DNA from: Patescibacteria group bacterium
GTDB taxonomy: Bacteria > Patescibacteriota > Minisyncoccia > Phycocordibacterales > Phycocordibacteraceae
Direction of reading: 5' to 3'
Assembly (NCBI GenBank): GCA_004322365.1
Contig: SCTS01000002.1
Span: 12,993 to 76,992, forward strand
Length of the DNA stretch: 64,000 bases
Shown here: in pieces, positions 9,704 through 19,830 of the stretch
Numbering within the stretch: the first letter of the stretch is position 1
Layout of the letters: the number at the start of each line of letters is the position of its first letter
Translations under genes and position numbers: made by a program
Notes under the pieces: generated by a model
Databases searched by the model: none
Seen by the model: only the letters and a program-made list of their open reading frames with translations
Told to the model about the DNA's origin: nothing

Positions 9704-10345
9704 TTAATATTTGGTTTCTACTTTTATTATTCCCTCGCCAACATTACCCTTCTTCGTCGTCGTATAGTTCTTCATCGAGCCAATCTTATTCGCAATATAT
9801 ATGATTTCGTATGCGATACCAGGATGCCTAATGGGATTGAACCGTAGAGAAGTTTTAACGAGAGCAAACAAATAACCTTTCTCGTCTATCACCTTAAAAC
9901 CTGATCGTTCGAGAATGGTGCGCATATCGAAACGGGAGAAGCTATAAAAGTGTTCCTCTTTTTTTGCCTGCGCAACGCGATTTTTAAAAAAATGGTAGAA
10001 CACATTCAGCACCACTTCCCAGTAATAGTGCGGGTTTGGTGAGGTGACAACTAATCGCCCCCCATCTTTCAGTACACGATTTATCTCGCCCAAAACCTTT
10101 AGCGGGTTGGCTATATGCGCCAGCGTGCATCCGATTACTACGCTATCAAAAAAGTTAGGCGGGTACGGAAATAGGTCAGTGTTTAAATCAACTGTGTGCG
10201 TGTCGAAATATCCAGCTTTCTCGTTTTTTATAATATCTATTCCGTGAATTTCACCCTTCAAGTGGGAGTTTGGTTCTTGCGCATAACCTACATCCAAAAT
10301 CCGACCTGACACTTGTTCGGAAACAATTTCTTGTTTTGACTTCAT
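9704..10345 (-). CDS. Class I SAM-dependent methyltransferase
   Basis: ILDVGYAQE glycine-rich motif I and LKDGGRLVVTSPN motif; start set at MKSKQEI. Adjacent to the upstream GT4 stop. Confidence 0.55.
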   Translation of the reverse strand: MKSKQEIVSEQVSGRILDVGYAQEPNSHLKGEIHGIDIIKNEKAGYFDTHTVDLNTDLFPYPPNFFDSVVIGCTLAHIANPLKVLGEINRVLKDGGRLVVTSPNPHYYWEVVLNVFYHFFKNRVAQAKKEEHFYSFSRFDMRTILERSGFKVIDEKGYLFALVKTSLRFNPIRHPGIAYEIIYIANKIGSMKNYTTTKKGNVGEGIIKVETKY

Positions 10346-10346
10346 A

Positions 10347-11591
10347 TTACATACGGACGGCTTCAGTAAACACTCTCTCATATTGCTCGACTTGTCGTGC
10401 GAGCGAAAATTCTTTTCTCACGCGCTCGTGCCCCGCGACTCCAAACTGCTTTGCTTTCTCCTCATCCATTAGGAGGTCGACAACTTTCGCCGAGAGCGCT
10501 TCGACATCAAGCGGGTTAACCACATATCCAGAGACGCCGTCTTCAACGACTTCGCGTGAACCACCAAAGCATGTGGCAACCACTGGTCTCCCGGCGGCAA
10601 ATGCCTCTAAATTTACTGTAGGAAACGGATCGAGATATATGGACGGCGCGACGACAACGCGCGACGCGAAGTACGCAGACCTAAGCTCATCTCCCGTGAG
10701 CCATCCAGTAAAAACCAGACTCTTCTCCACTCCAAGCTCTATGGCATGTTTTATCATCCGCTCCGCAAACGCGTCCTGCTTCCCTGCCACGAGAAGCTGT
10801 GCGTCGGGAACAGTACGGCAGATTGCAGGCATGGCTTGAATCATTTGCATTGCTCCTTTGGGCTCCGAGAGTCTACCGCCGAAAAAAATAACGCGGTCGC
10901 CGAGATGATGCTTTTTTACGAATGTACCGACATCGAGACTGCCCCATTCTGATACGGCAATGCCGTTGTGGATGACAGAATGTACGCGAATGCCATTGTC
11001 TTCAAGTGCACGAGCAAGCGCCGTGCTCACGGCAACGCTTGCATGTACTGTCTTCCTCAAAATGTATCTGACAATAGGTGTGCGCAGAGGATTGTAGCGC
11101 CACTTATGCATACGCAGTTGCCGGATGATAGACTCGCGATGCACCTCACTCGGAAGTTCGTTTGAGACGCTGCTTAGTGCGGATGGGAGCTTGCCAAAAT
11201 GGAACGACATCGCGTCGTGTTCCGTCATAACAACCCTACGACCATATCGACGCGCAAGTACGAGCGAATAGTACGAAAGGTGTGTATGTACATTGTGCAC
11301 ATGCACAATGTCGGGCGTGTATTGTTTCAGCAGTCGTTCCACATCCCGCAGAGTGGCGCTATTATACAAACTTTTGTACGCGCGCAAACGCGGATGATAG
11401 GAGGAATAGAGTCGCACGACTTCTACTCCATCGATGAATTCACTCCCTGCATGTGCACGATTCTGGACGGTCGTAATGGCGGTTACTTCGTGACCGCGTC
11501 TGGCGAACTCTCTCGCGAGACGATACGCGATAACTCCGCCCCCGCCCACATGATACGGAGGAAGGTCGTCTTGCAGGACCACTATTTTCAT
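10347..11591 (-). CDS. GT4-family glycosyltransferase (GT-B fold, Glycos_transf_1)
   Basis: N-terminal GGxxxxxxxLA motif (HVGGGGVIAYRLAREFARRGHEV), C-terminal E-x7-E region (VNLEAFAAGRPVVAT..GG..E). Confidence 0.7.
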   Translation of the reverse strand: MKIVVLQDDLPPYHVGGGGVIAYRLAREFARRGHEVTAITTVQNRAHAGSEFIDGVEVVRLYSSYHPRLRAYKSLYNSATLRDVERLLKQYTPDIVHVHNVHTHLSYYSLVLARRYGRRVVMTEHDAMSFHFGKLPSALSSVSNELPSEVHRESIIRQLRMHKWRYNPLRTPIVRYILRKTVHASVAVSTALARALEDNGIRVHSVIHNGIAVSEWGSLDVGTFVKKHHLGDRVIFFGGRLSEPKGAMQMIQAMPAICRTVPDAQLLVAGKQDAFAERMIKHAIELGVEKSLVFTGWLTGDELRSAYFASRVVVAPSIYLDPFPTVNLEAFAAGRPVVATCFGGSREVVEDGVSGYVVNPLDVEALSAKVVDLLMDEEKAKQFGVAGHERVRKEFSLARQVEQYERVFTEAVRM

Positions 11592-11600
11592 ATTGAAATG

Positions 11601-12611
11601 TTAGAAGGATTCAGCCCCGTTCTTCTTTGCGAGCTCTATATCCGCATCAAGAAGTATCTTCACGAGGTCTTTGAACTTGACCTTCGCTTCCCATCCGAGA
11701 TCGCGCTTCGCCTTCGATGCGTCACCCATCAAAATATCAACCTCCGCCGGTCTGAAGAGTTCCTTCTTTATTTCCACATGATCTTCCCAGCGTTTGCCGA
11801 TAAGCGAAAAAGCTTCTTCGAGGAACTCACGAATCGTATGCGTCTCGCCAGTCGCGAGTACATAGTCCTCCGGCTTCTCAGCCTGGAGCATACGCCACAT
11901 GGCATCAACATACTCCGGCGCATAACCCCAGTCGCGTTTCGCGTCGAGATTGCCGAGGTAAATCTTGCGCGGACGGCCAAGTGCGATATCTGCAACACCA
12001 CGCGTGATCTTGCGCGTCACAAAGTTTGGTCCGCGTCGAGGACTCTCATGATTGAAAAGGATGCCATTGACGATGAACATGCCGTAGCTCTCGCGATAGC
12101 TCTTGCACATCCAGTACGCGTACAGCTTGCTCACCGCATACGGCGATTGCGGATTGAATGGCGTCGTCTCGCTTTGCGGTGTCTCGAAGACCTTGCCGTA
12201 GAGTTCCGAGGTCGATGCTTGGTAAATCCTGGCGGGAGCACCACTCTGGCGAACTGCTTCTATGACGCGTGCGACACCTAAGCCCGAGATGTCGCCTGTG
12301 TACTCGGGGATATCGAAGCTCACGCGTACATCACTCATCGCCGCGAGATTGTAGACTTCATCCGGCTTAACCTCTGAAACAATGCGGGAGATGGAGCTGA
12401 AGTCGCTCAGGTCTCCATAGTAAAGATAGAGATTGTCCTTCTTCGTTCCTTCAGCAGCGAGAGTGCCTTCGTGCGCACCGATGATGTACCTACTTGAACG
12501 GCGAACGAGACCGTGGACTTCGTATCCTTTTTCTAGCAACAGGTCGGCGAGATATGAGCCATCCTGCCCCGTAATGCCCGTGATGAATGCCTTCTTCATG
12601 TTGAGACTCAT
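11601..12611 (-). CDS. gmd: GDP-mannose 4,6-dehydratase
   Basis: [31 protein letters not shown]-terminus is diagnostic for Gmd, plus YAVSKLY catalytic YxxxK. Start set at MSLNMKK with an AGGGGA RBS-like sequence. Confidence 0.85.
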   Translation of the reverse strand: MSLNMKKAFITGITGQDGSYLADLLLEKGYEVHGLVRRSSRYIIGAHEGTLAAEGTKKDNLYLYYGDLSDFSSISRIVSEVKPDEVYNLAAMSDVRVSFDIPEYTGDISGLGVARVIEAVRQSGAPARIYQASTSELYGKVFETPQSETTPFNPQSPYAVSKLYAYWMCKSYRESYGMFIVNGILFNHESPRRGPNFVTRKITRGVADIALGRPRKIYLGNLDAKRDWGYAPEYVDAMWRMLQAEKPEDYVLATGETHTIREFLEEAFSLIGKRWEDHVEIKKELFRPAEVDILMGDASKAKRDLGWEAKVKFKDLVKILLDADIELAKKNGAESF

Positions 12612-12645
12612 TCTATCCCCTGATGTGAGTGTGGGCAACGCGCCA

Positions 12646-13293
12646 TTATTCCTTTCTAAAGACAAAGCACCATCCGATGGCGTGTTTTCGATTCGCCTCA
12701 CTCGCATCTACGCGATCGAGGAATATAGCAAAAGTACCCATGAGGTGGAAAATCTTGCTCATTATCCTGCCCGCGATCGCATGACGGTGGAGATGGAAGC
12801 GATCCATGAGGTAGCGAATTGTCATCTGCGCGGACTGCGAAAAAAAGCCGCCACGCTGGTGAGATTCTACCGTCTTGAAACCGTTGCGTTCAAAAAGTTC
12901 AACGAATCCATATTTCGTGTAGCGCCAGTAGTCGTGTGGCTCGTCATGTAGTTCGTTCCACTGCGGAGCGGTAATCACCGCATAGCCACCCTTTTTTAGT
13001 ACGCGAAATATCTCTTGCACACACTTCTCTGGATACTTCACATGCTCGAGCATCTGCGTAGAGAGAATAGAATCTTTCGATCCGTCGGGAAGCGGGATTG
13101 CATCTGCCGATGCGACAATATCAATACCCTCTCCCGCATAGATGTCGAGACAGGTGAATGTCTTAAATGTGAAAAGGTCCTTGTAACGGTTCTTTTCTCC
13201 CCCACCGACATCGAGCACATCGCCCGTGAGGTACTTCGCGACATTCATCAGCTGTTTGCGTATCAGCGTGCGTTCAACTTGGTAAATATACAT
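12646..13293 (-). CDS. Class I SAM-dependent methyltransferase (paralog of 8521-9144)
   Basis: VLDVGGGE motif [13 protein letters not shown]; collinear similarity to the 8521 gene. Confidence 0.65.
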   Translation of the reverse strand: MYIYQVERTLIRKQLMNVAKYLTGDVLDVGGGEKNRYKDLFTFKTFTCLDIYAGEGIDIVASADAIPLPDGSKDSILSTQMLEHVKYPEKCVQEIFRVLKKGGYAVITAPQWNELHDEPHDYWRYTKYGFVELFERNGFKTVESHQRGGFFSQSAQMTIRYLMDRFHLHRHAIAGRIMSKIFHLMGTFAIFLDRVDASEANRKHAIGWCFVFRKE

Positions 13294-13310
13294 ATGCCTA
13301 CTACTGCGGA

Positions 13311-14363
13311 TTATCGCTCGAGCATACCACGATAGAGTTGTGCATAGAGCTTTGTGAGATGCGGAATATCATGTTCGTTGGCAAATTCACGCGCACGCGC
13401 ACTCATGCGCGCCCTCCGTTCTGTATCACCAAGTATCAGTGCGAGCGCTTCAGCGGTCGCCTCTGGGTCTTTTTGCGGAACCAGTATGCCCGTCTTGCCG
13501 TCCTCAACCGCATCGGCTATTCCGTTACCCAATGTACCGATACTGGGCAAACCATGCGCCGCGGCTTCAAGAAATACCATACCAAAACCTTCAAAATGAA
13601 AGTCCAGATTCACGGATGTCAAAATGAAAACAGAAGCCTTCTCGTAGAGCTCATTGAGATGTGCGTCGGATACATCCGTAAGAAAATCAACTCGATCCTC
13701 GACTCCAAGTTCGCGAGCAAGCTCTGTGAGCATTTTAAAATAACGAGGCTCATCTGTTTGGGATCCGACCATTATGTAGCGCAGCTCTGGTATTCGATCT
13801 TTAAGCAGAGCGAATGCGCGGAGCGACACCTCATACCCTTTACGCGCCTTCAATGCTCCGACACTAAGAATGAAAGGTTCCCTTTCGGAAACCGGTCCCC
13901 GTACAGGATCTGTGAATTTCGACATATCGATGCCAGGGTCTATCACGTGGACAGTGAGACCGCGCACTTTTTTTTGAATCTCTTGGGCGACAAACACGCT
14001 ACCTGCAACTACTGCATTGGCAGATCTATATACAATCTGAGAGAAGATCGCTGTTTTAAAATTGTACAACGGCGCTACAGCGTATGCAGCCTGGCAAATA
14101 ATCACAAGCTTCGCTCGAGTAAAGAGGGTTGCTAAAAATCCAGCGAACCCGAGCGGATTAATATCTACCGCCTGCACGATATCACTCCTTTTTGCCTCCT
14201 TGCGAGCAGTTCGTACGAACGCCCAAAAGTCTTTTTTAAAATCTAAAAGAGTCACTTCATATCCAGCTGCAGTAAGCACGGAGAGCATAGTAGCGGCATT
14301 CCTGCCACTACCAGAAGATCTGTCGGTTTCCTGCGCTAATAATAGTACTTTTTTCCCGTTCAT
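13311..14363 (-). CDS. GT4-family glycosyltransferase
   Basis: GT-B C-terminal motif EGFGMVFLEAAAHGLPSIGT..G...V.DG.TG; 350 aa. Confidence 0.65.
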   Translation of the reverse strand: MNGKKVLLLAQETDRSSGSGRNAATMLSVLTAAGYEVTLLDFKKDFWAFVRTARKEAKRSDIVQAVDINPLGFAGFLATLFTRAKLVIICQAAYAVAPLYNFKTAIFSQIVYRSANAVVAGSVFVAQEIQKKVRGLTVHVIDPGIDMSKFTDPVRGPVSEREPFILSVGALKARKGYEVSLRAFALLKDRIPELRYIMVGSQTDEPRYFKMLTELARELGVEDRVDFLTDVSDAHLNELYEKASVFILTSVNLDFHFEGFGMVFLEAAAHGLPSIGTLGNGIADAVEDGKTGILVPQKDPEATAEALALILGDTERRARMSARAREFANEHDIPHLTKLYAQLYRGMLER

Positions 14364-14395
14364 TTTTAGTGTGTGGAGCGCAGATTTTCTTCAAA

Positions 14396-15133
14396 CTATT
14401 GAGCGTTGGGTAGTTTTTGCAACAAATACACCTGTTCATGACATAGGTCAGGAAACACGGCCCCAACTATTTCTGCCATCGGCTGTACTATCCGTGCCAG
14501 AAATGGGATCCGCCAAATAAAGGGAACATAGAGACCGTACGCGCGAACTCCAACGATAGAAAAATACTTACGCAGAGCAGTTTCGTATGTGGCGTAGGTA
14601 TTCAAATGCTCACGACGCGCAGCGGCTTTATCAAGACGCGCGACAATGGAGTCGCGCCCAGCGAATCCACACAAAAAATATCCTCCCGGAACTAATTGTG
14701 TGGCGGCCCATTCCGCCTCTGTCTCAGTCTTGAGCGTAAGCTCCCCAACCCCGATCTCCATAGCCACCGTAAACCTCCTATTTGGTATAAATTCTTTGCG
14801 TACTTCATAGCTAATCGCTGGATCGTCGGTAGCATCTTTTGCGACCGCTATCATGCCTTCCGCAATATCTATCCCGACAAGTTGGTCAAACACTTTAGGC
14901 ATTCGCTCCTGAATAGAACGCAAAAGAATTCCATCAGCACAACCAATCTCAACAAGCGAACGCGGAGCTTCTGTGCGTTGAACCACTTCAGACAGAAGCT
15001 TCAATACTAGCTTGCGCCTCCGGGTAAAAAAGAACTGGATATAATTCGTCGCAACTTTAGGGTAGCGCCGACGAGAATAATTTTTGCTTTCCTCGTCGTA
15101 GAAGGTAGAGCTTCGTTTAAAACTTATATCCAT
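14396..15133 (-). CDS. SAM-dependent methyltransferase (class I)
   Basis: LVEIGCADG motif I and downstream acidic residue motif; 245 aa. Confidence 0.5.
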   Translation of the reverse strand: MDISFKRSSTFYDEESKNYSRRRYPKVATNYIQFFFTRRRKLVLKLLSEVVQRTEAPRSLVEIGCADGILLRSIQERMPKVFDQLVGIDIAEGMIAVAKDATDDPAISYEVRKEFIPNRRFTVAMEIGVGELTLKTETEAEWAATQLVPGGYFLCGFAGRDSIVARLDKAAARREHLNTYATYETALRKYFSIVGVRAYGLYVPFIWRIPFLARIVQPMAEIVGAVFPDLCHEQVYLLQKLPNAQ

Positions 15134-15240
15134 AAAAATCGCTTACTGTTATGTAGTTAGGTATGTAAGTATACTCCGCGCCTGCCCGTTCTACGAATAC
15201 CGGGGCTGGGCTTTCGGTACCATGGGTTTTTAGACATACT

Positions 15241-16056
15241 CTAGATTTTTCTGAATTCTTTGCGACGGCGCCATAGAGCTCTGATAAGACGAACATGGTA
15301 CACATGCCGGCTTAACTCAATCTTCAGTGGCATTTTCTTCCCCCTGCAGAACAGGCGAACCTTCACTAATTGCAACAAATAGAACAGTGACACGCGTGCG
15401 TGCCACCAAATGGTGTGGAAAAATTGTCGCCAGAACGATGCGCCGAGGACCTCCTGATTCACTTGTAGTTGAATATAGTAATCCATTTTTGATGGACTCG
15501 GACCTTGCGTACCGTCAACGGGTACATAGAGTGTGCCGACGACTTTCTCTGTCACGACACCCGGCTTGAGTTCAATACGCTCGTGCACTTTTTTTATAAA
15601 ACGCTTCACTGAAGCCTTAGCAAACAAACGCATGGATAGATTGGGATATGTGGTTGCGCACATGACCTCCTCCCCACCCACTACATACCTACGATATAGG
15701 GCGTACACACCCTCTGCCTGTGTCGTTGTGACACGGCGTATCTCATTTTCTAATTCCTTGGAAATATATTCATCTGAGTCGAGAAAGAAGAACCACGGCT
15801 CGCGCGATGCGTCGAGTGTCTGATTTCGTACGGCACCAAAATCGGCGATGCGTCCCTCTGTATCGAGCAATAAGGGATTCTGATGTATCACCCGTGCACC
15901 GTATTGCTCGGCGATATTCAAAGTGTCGTCAGTCGAACCGCCATCGCAAATAACGATGTCACTAAAATTCTTGACGCTCTCAAGCGCACGCGCGATTGTA
16001 TGCCCAGAATTCTTCGTCAGAATCGCAACGGTGCATGGCACAGAATTGTTGTTCAT
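15241..16056 (-). CDS. GT2-family glycosyltransferase
   Basis: VAILTKNSGHTIARALESV...DIVICDGGSTDDT..DSDE: GT-A fold with DxD (DSD); 271 aa. Confidence 0.65.
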   Translation of the reverse strand: MNNNSVPCTVAILTKNSGHTIARALESVKNFSDIVICDGGSTDDTLNIAEQYGARVIHQNPLLLDTEGRIADFGAVRNQTLDASREPWFFFLDSDEYISKELENEIRRVTTTQAEGVYALYRRYVVGGEEVMCATTYPNLSMRLFAKASVKRFIKKVHERIELKPGVVTEKVVGTLYVPVDGTQGPSPSKMDYYIQLQVNQEVLGASFWRQFFHTIWWHARVSLFYLLQLVKVRLFCRGKKMPLKIELSRHVYHVRLIRALWRRRKEFRKI

Positions 16057-17540
16057 ATTCGTTTGATCACCTCTTTTTTATTCAACAATGTTCCATATTT
16101 GCTGGCCGGAATCACTTTCACTTCGACAACTCCCTCACTATAACGAAGAGCTATAATTTTTCCAGTACGAACAGAATACCGCGGTAACAACAATACGATG
16201 CACTCCCGCACGAAGCACCACATACGCAGAACGGCTTCTCGGATGTATCCGCCACGGAGTGCGTACCAAGTGTGATTGACTGTTTCTCGGATTGAAAAAA
16301 GAAATGCGGGCGGAAGCGCCGGACATTTAAAGCTCCACCATACTGATCCCTCGAGTCCGTTGTCGTAAATACCTTCACTGAAGTTGCGCTTTTGCCATCG
16401 TGCGTTTACAAGAACACGATGTGAGGAATTCGTGTCCGTAAATACTTCCGTCCCTTCGAAACGAAACGAGAAATCCTCTAAAGACGATGCACTGTCGAGT
16501 TTCGACTTGATATCACCGACACGCAGCATCCACGCGAGATGCGCTGTCCAAAATATCGCACACTGAAAATTCACCGGCGCACCGATGTGCGAGTGCAAAT
16601 ATCCATCAAAGAAGTGTCTCTGTGTTTGGAACAAAAGATTGTGGAGCGCAACAGTAGCCGTCGGCTCTTTTGAATGAGCGAGCGCATACGCATCGAAGCC
16701 GGCGGAGGCGACCTCATACGGAGACTGCCAGTACCAGCGTTTACATTCCATTCGTAAATCTTTTGTGCCGTCGGCCTTGTACATCGCAAGCAACGCCCGC
16801 TCACTTTTAAGTAAGCGTTCTTCAAAAGGCGTCGCGTCTATTCCTGTGGCGTCGAGTGAATACCGGATGAACGCTATGCAGCGCGACTGATAAAATGTTG
16901 TGATACCCTCGTACCCTTCGAAATTGCCATGCTCGCGCGCGTGCGGCATATAGAGAAAGAAGCCGTCAACAGTCATGTCGGAAAACGCCTGCTCGATACT
17001 CGCACGAACTACATCATCGTATTCGTGCGTGCCCGCATAGTGCGCGTAGGATGCAAGACCGGTGAGTCCCCAGAGGCGCTGATTAGTGATCGATTTTTCC
17101 GCGGCAGCATTCACGAGATAGCTTTCGACGACATCGCGCAGCCCTGCCGTATACTCTTCATGCTCTTCGTTTGTAAACGCGCTCTGGTGCAAACGGAGAA
17201 AGCGAGATATGGAGTCGACGCACGCGCCGGCGTCGATCACATTCTGCGACATGTTCATCGGGTTCATATGCCCCGGGTAAAAGACCTTTCCTGCTTTTGT
17301 GTCGGTCACGAGAGTGAAGAGGTACGCGATAAGCTTCTTCCCTTTCTCAATCTCGCCGAGAGTTGAATAGAAATCGAGCAGGTAGCAGTTGCTTCCTGTA
17401 TGCTCGACATGATGCTTGCCACAGCGTTGATGCTTCTCAAGATATGAAGTAGCGTCGCGAACGAGTGTACCTAAGGTGCTCACAGATGCCGAATGTTGAC
17501 GCCTAGGTATTTCCTTCATACTACGGAAGAATAGCGTCAA
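16053..17540 (-). CDS. Hypothetical protein, possibly alpha/alpha-toroid polysaccharide-modifying enzyme (heparinase II/III-like or C5-epimerase-like)
   Basis: 495 aa, no TM; motifs NQRLWGLTGLASYAHYAG, W/Y/H-rich helical N-half and beta-rich C-half. Stop/start overlap with the GT2 gene (ATGA) implies co-expression. Confidence 0.25.
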   Translation of the reverse strand: MTLFFRSMKEIPRRQHSASVSTLGTLVRDATSYLEKHQRCGKHHVEHTGSNCYLLDFYSTLGEIEKGKKLIAYLFTLVTDTKAGKVFYPGHMNPMNMSQNVIDAGACVDSISRFLRLHQSAFTNEEHEEYTAGLRDVVESYLVNAAAEKSITNQRLWGLTGLASYAHYAGTHEYDDVVRASIEQAFSDMTVDGFFLYMPHAREHGNFEGYEGITTFYQSRCIAFIRYSLDATGIDATPFEERLLKSERALLAMYKADGTKDLRMECKRWYWQSPYEVASAGFDAYALAHSKEPTATVALHNLLFQTQRHFFDGYLHSHIGAPVNFQCAIFWTAHLAWMLRVGDIKSKLDSASSLEDFSFRFEGTEVFTDTNSSHRVLVNARWQKRNFSEGIYDNGLEGSVWWSFKCPALPPAFLFSIRETVNHTWYALRGGYIREAVLRMWCFVRECIVLLLPRYSVRTGKIIALRYSEGVVEVKVIPASKYGTLLNKKEVIKRI

Positions 17541-17594
17541 TGAGCATCGAGAGCGAGTGCTCGTTGGGAACTAAGATAAAGGTATACTACTTTT

Positions 17595-17891
17595 ATGAGA
17601 AACATCATGCAGTGGCAACAGGCCCTCAAGACGGCGGCAGAGCAGAAATTTCCCAATAGCGGATGGTCGCACACTGACCGTCTTGCTTCGGTACGAAGAC
17701 AACTCGAGGATGTTGAGGCTTCGCTCAAAGTGGAGAGTGGGGAATTACAAAGCGACGACCATGCACACCAAGACCCAAATCACCGAATTGGTGCACTGAT
17801 TGCCGACATCTTAATTCTCGCCGAAGAACGGAACGCCGATATTGAAAACGAGCTTGAAAAAGTACTCGCGTGGTTTGAAAAGCGCGACTAG
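17595..17891 (+). CDS. MazG-like nucleotide pyrophosphohydrolase domain protein
   Basis: 98 aa, EExxE...D acidic helix motifs (LEDVEASLKVESGE..ELEKVLAW) typical of small MazG/NTP-PPase proteins. Confidence 0.45.
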   Translation: MRNIMQWQQALKTAAEQKFPNSGWSHTDRLASVRRQLEDVEASLKVESGELQSDDHAHQDPNHRIGALIADILILAEERNADIENELEKVLAWFEKRD

Positions 17892-18883
17892 AGCGAGACG
17901 CGCCTTCCCTCTCGGGCTGAAATTCGCATCGCTTCCAAAACACTCGCTTGGCGGATGATACGGTCGTACATTTCTTCAAGCTGTTTTGTATTCTGTGCGA
18001 CAACAGCTTGGCAAAAGAAATCAAAACTAAGAGCGAATTGATTTGCTGTTGGGATTTCTAAACTCATGCGTGTGTCTTTGGCACCATCGTTGGTGATGAG
18101 TTCGACAATCGGTGCCATCGTAGGCGGTATAGCAAATGCGCGACTCGTTCGCACCATTCCTTTGGAACCCCAAACCGAATAGGTATTTTGATAGAGGTGA
18201 TCAAAACCAAATGACATCAGTGCAGTCCCCTTTTCGAATTCAAGAAATGCAGAACCTTTGATATCCACATCCTGGCCATCCTGTGCAAGCGTGCAAGTAA
18301 CGGCAACTGGTTCCTGTTGCATTATTTTTCGTGCCATGAAAACCGTATAGCAACCCGCATCGTTGAGAGCACCACCCTTCAAATCCGCGCTATAGCGAAT
18401 ATCACCAGACGGGAACGGTGGGAATCCGTACGCACCATTCCACACATGTGGTGTGCCGATTTTCCCTTCTGCAATGAGCGATAGAATTGTCGCGTGTTGT
18501 GGATGGAACTCGGGAACGAAATTCTCATACAATGCAACACCTTTTTCTCGACAAGCATTAACCATACGCTGTGCCGATTCTAGACTATAGGTAATCGACT
18601 TCTCGCAGATGATGTGTTTCCCAGACTGCGCCGTTTTTAGTACCCATTCCTCCTGAAGTCCCACAGGAAGTGGAATATATATGACATCGATATCGTCGCG
18701 CGCAATCAAGGAATCATAGGTCTCGGCTTCTACTCCGTGGCGCACTGCCCACTCCTCTGCCTTGCTCTTCTCGCGACTAGCTATCGCGACCAGCTCGATA
18801 TCGGGAAGGGATTTGAATGCTGGTATCGCGTATTTTTCCGCGATGTTAGCACAACCTAGAATACCGACACGGATTTTTTTCAT
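17888..18883 (-). CDS. Gfo/Idh/MocA-family NAD(P)-dependent oxidoreductase (candidate NDP-hexose 3-ketoreductase)
   Basis: IRVGILGCANIAEKYAIPAF Rossmann N-terminus and EKPI-like motif (ICEKS). Start at MKKIRVG overlaps the stop of the upstream gene (ATGA). Confidence 0.7.
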   Translation of the reverse strand: MKKIRVGILGCANIAEKYAIPAFKSLPDIELVAIASREKSKAEEWAVRHGVEAETYDSLIARDDIDVIYIPLPVGLQEEWVLKTAQSGKHIICEKSITYSLESAQRMVNACREKGVALYENFVPEFHPQHATILSLIAEGKIGTPHVWNGAYGFPPFPSGDIRYSADLKGGALNDAGCYTVFMARKIMQQEPVAVTCTLAQDGQDVDIKGSAFLEFEKGTALMSFGFDHLYQNTYSVWGSKGMVRTSRAFAIPPTMAPIVELITNDGAKDTRMSLEIPTANQFALSFDFFCQAVVAQNTKQLEEMYDRIIRQASVLEAMRISAREGRRVSL

Positions 18884-19518
18884 AACAAAGCGCATACATT
18901 ACGCGCGAGAGAATTAACCGTCGTATCAACGCGCAAGAGTTTCTTAATCTCGGGGAGTGTGAGCCAAATGTAATCTTCAGTAACGGGCACTTCTTCCGAT
19001 TCGTCCACCTCCACAAGCATTGAACGGTTCACCTTATGAAAAAACCGACCGCCGTCTTCGACGCCCAAAACTGATGCAATGAGTCTTCCTTTCGTCCCGT
19101 CAAAATATTCAGCAAGTCGTGGACGCTTTCCTCCATGCGCTTGCGCCAGATTGCCTTCGGAAACCTGACATGCCGGCGATATCTGCACATTGTTGATATT
19201 CCCCGGCTCAAATTTTGCATAGAAAAGATACTTTGTGACACCGTCTTTCTTTTGCACTAACACGCCTGAAATGCCGACCTCTTCCTGTTTCAACATCGGC
19301 TGACTCCACGACGGCACTTCCCTGTCCGACGCACCTGTTATCTTTACGCCAATAATCGAGAAAAATTTTCCTGACTCATGCGTGATATTCCCACTTACAG
19401 GATCTGTTTTCCAACCCTGCACATCATTTACCCCGACCGCTTCCACGGTGACTGGGTACGAATCCTGCTTTTCTTTGAGCCACGCGAGAATGGGATTTAT
19501 ATCAACGTCTTCATTCAT
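18880..19518 (-). CDS. Hypothetical protein, candidate single-domain NDP-hexose 2,3-dehydratase (EvaA/TylX3-like)
   Basis: 212 aa; EDGGRFFHK motif reminiscent of the EEGGRF motif of hexose 2,3-dehydratases. Context: immediately upstream of a Gfo/Idh/MocA reductase and near a sugar C-methyltransferase, as in 2,6-dideoxysugar pathways. Confidence 0.3.
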   Translation of the reverse strand: MNEDVDINPILAWLKEKQDSYPVTVEAVGVNDVQGWKTDPVSGNITHESGKFFSIIGVKITGASDREVPSWSQPMLKQEEVGISGVLVQKKDGVTKYLFYAKFEPGNINNVQISPACQVSEGNLAQAHGGKRPRLAEYFDGTKGRLIASVLGVEDGGRFFHKVNRSMLVEVDESEEVPVTEDYIWLTLPEIKKLLRVDTTVNSLARNVCALL

Positions 19519-19536
19519 ACCCCCACACCTTTTATC

Positions 19537-19791
19537 TCATAAAATGCTTCTTGAAATCCTCCTTTTGAGTTGCCCGAGCGCTTTCCCATCTTTCTTGAGA
19601 GAAAATTCTCTACCTCTTGCATCTCGTTCTGAAGTGTAAGCCTCATAATAACAGAGCTCAAAGGGTCGGCGAGGCTTGGTAGATTTGACCGCTCCGCCAT
19701 TGTGTTCGGAAAGTCTTCGACGCAAATCATTTGTCGATCCAACGTATAACTTTTCATCCTTGAGGCTTTTAAGCACATATACGTAATACAT
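19537..19791 (-). CDS. GIY-YIG nuclease-domain protein (stand-alone, UPF0213-like)
   Basis: YYVYVLKS...KLYVGSTNDLRRRLSEH: canonical GIY..YIG..R..H motif; 84 aa. Confidence 0.7.
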   Translation of the reverse strand: MYYVYVLKSLKDEKLYVGSTNDLRRRLSEHNGGAVKSTKPRRPFELCYYEAYTSERDARGREFSLKKDGKALGQLKRRISRSIL

Positions 19792-19830
19792 AGCGAATGG
19801 GTGGAGCCAATGAGATAAAAGGTGTGGGGG

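Noticed and set aside
11199-12281. 360-aa plus-strand ORF antisense to the GT4 and gmd genes
   Set aside because: Lies entirely opposite two strongly supported minus-strand genes, has no recognizable motifs, and is Arg/His-rich as expected for antisense of GC-balanced coding DNA.
13338-14135. 265-aa plus-strand ORF antisense to the GT4 gene 13311-14363
   Set aside because: Opposite a well-supported glycosyltransferase; Cys/Arg-rich, no motifs; typical shadow ORF.
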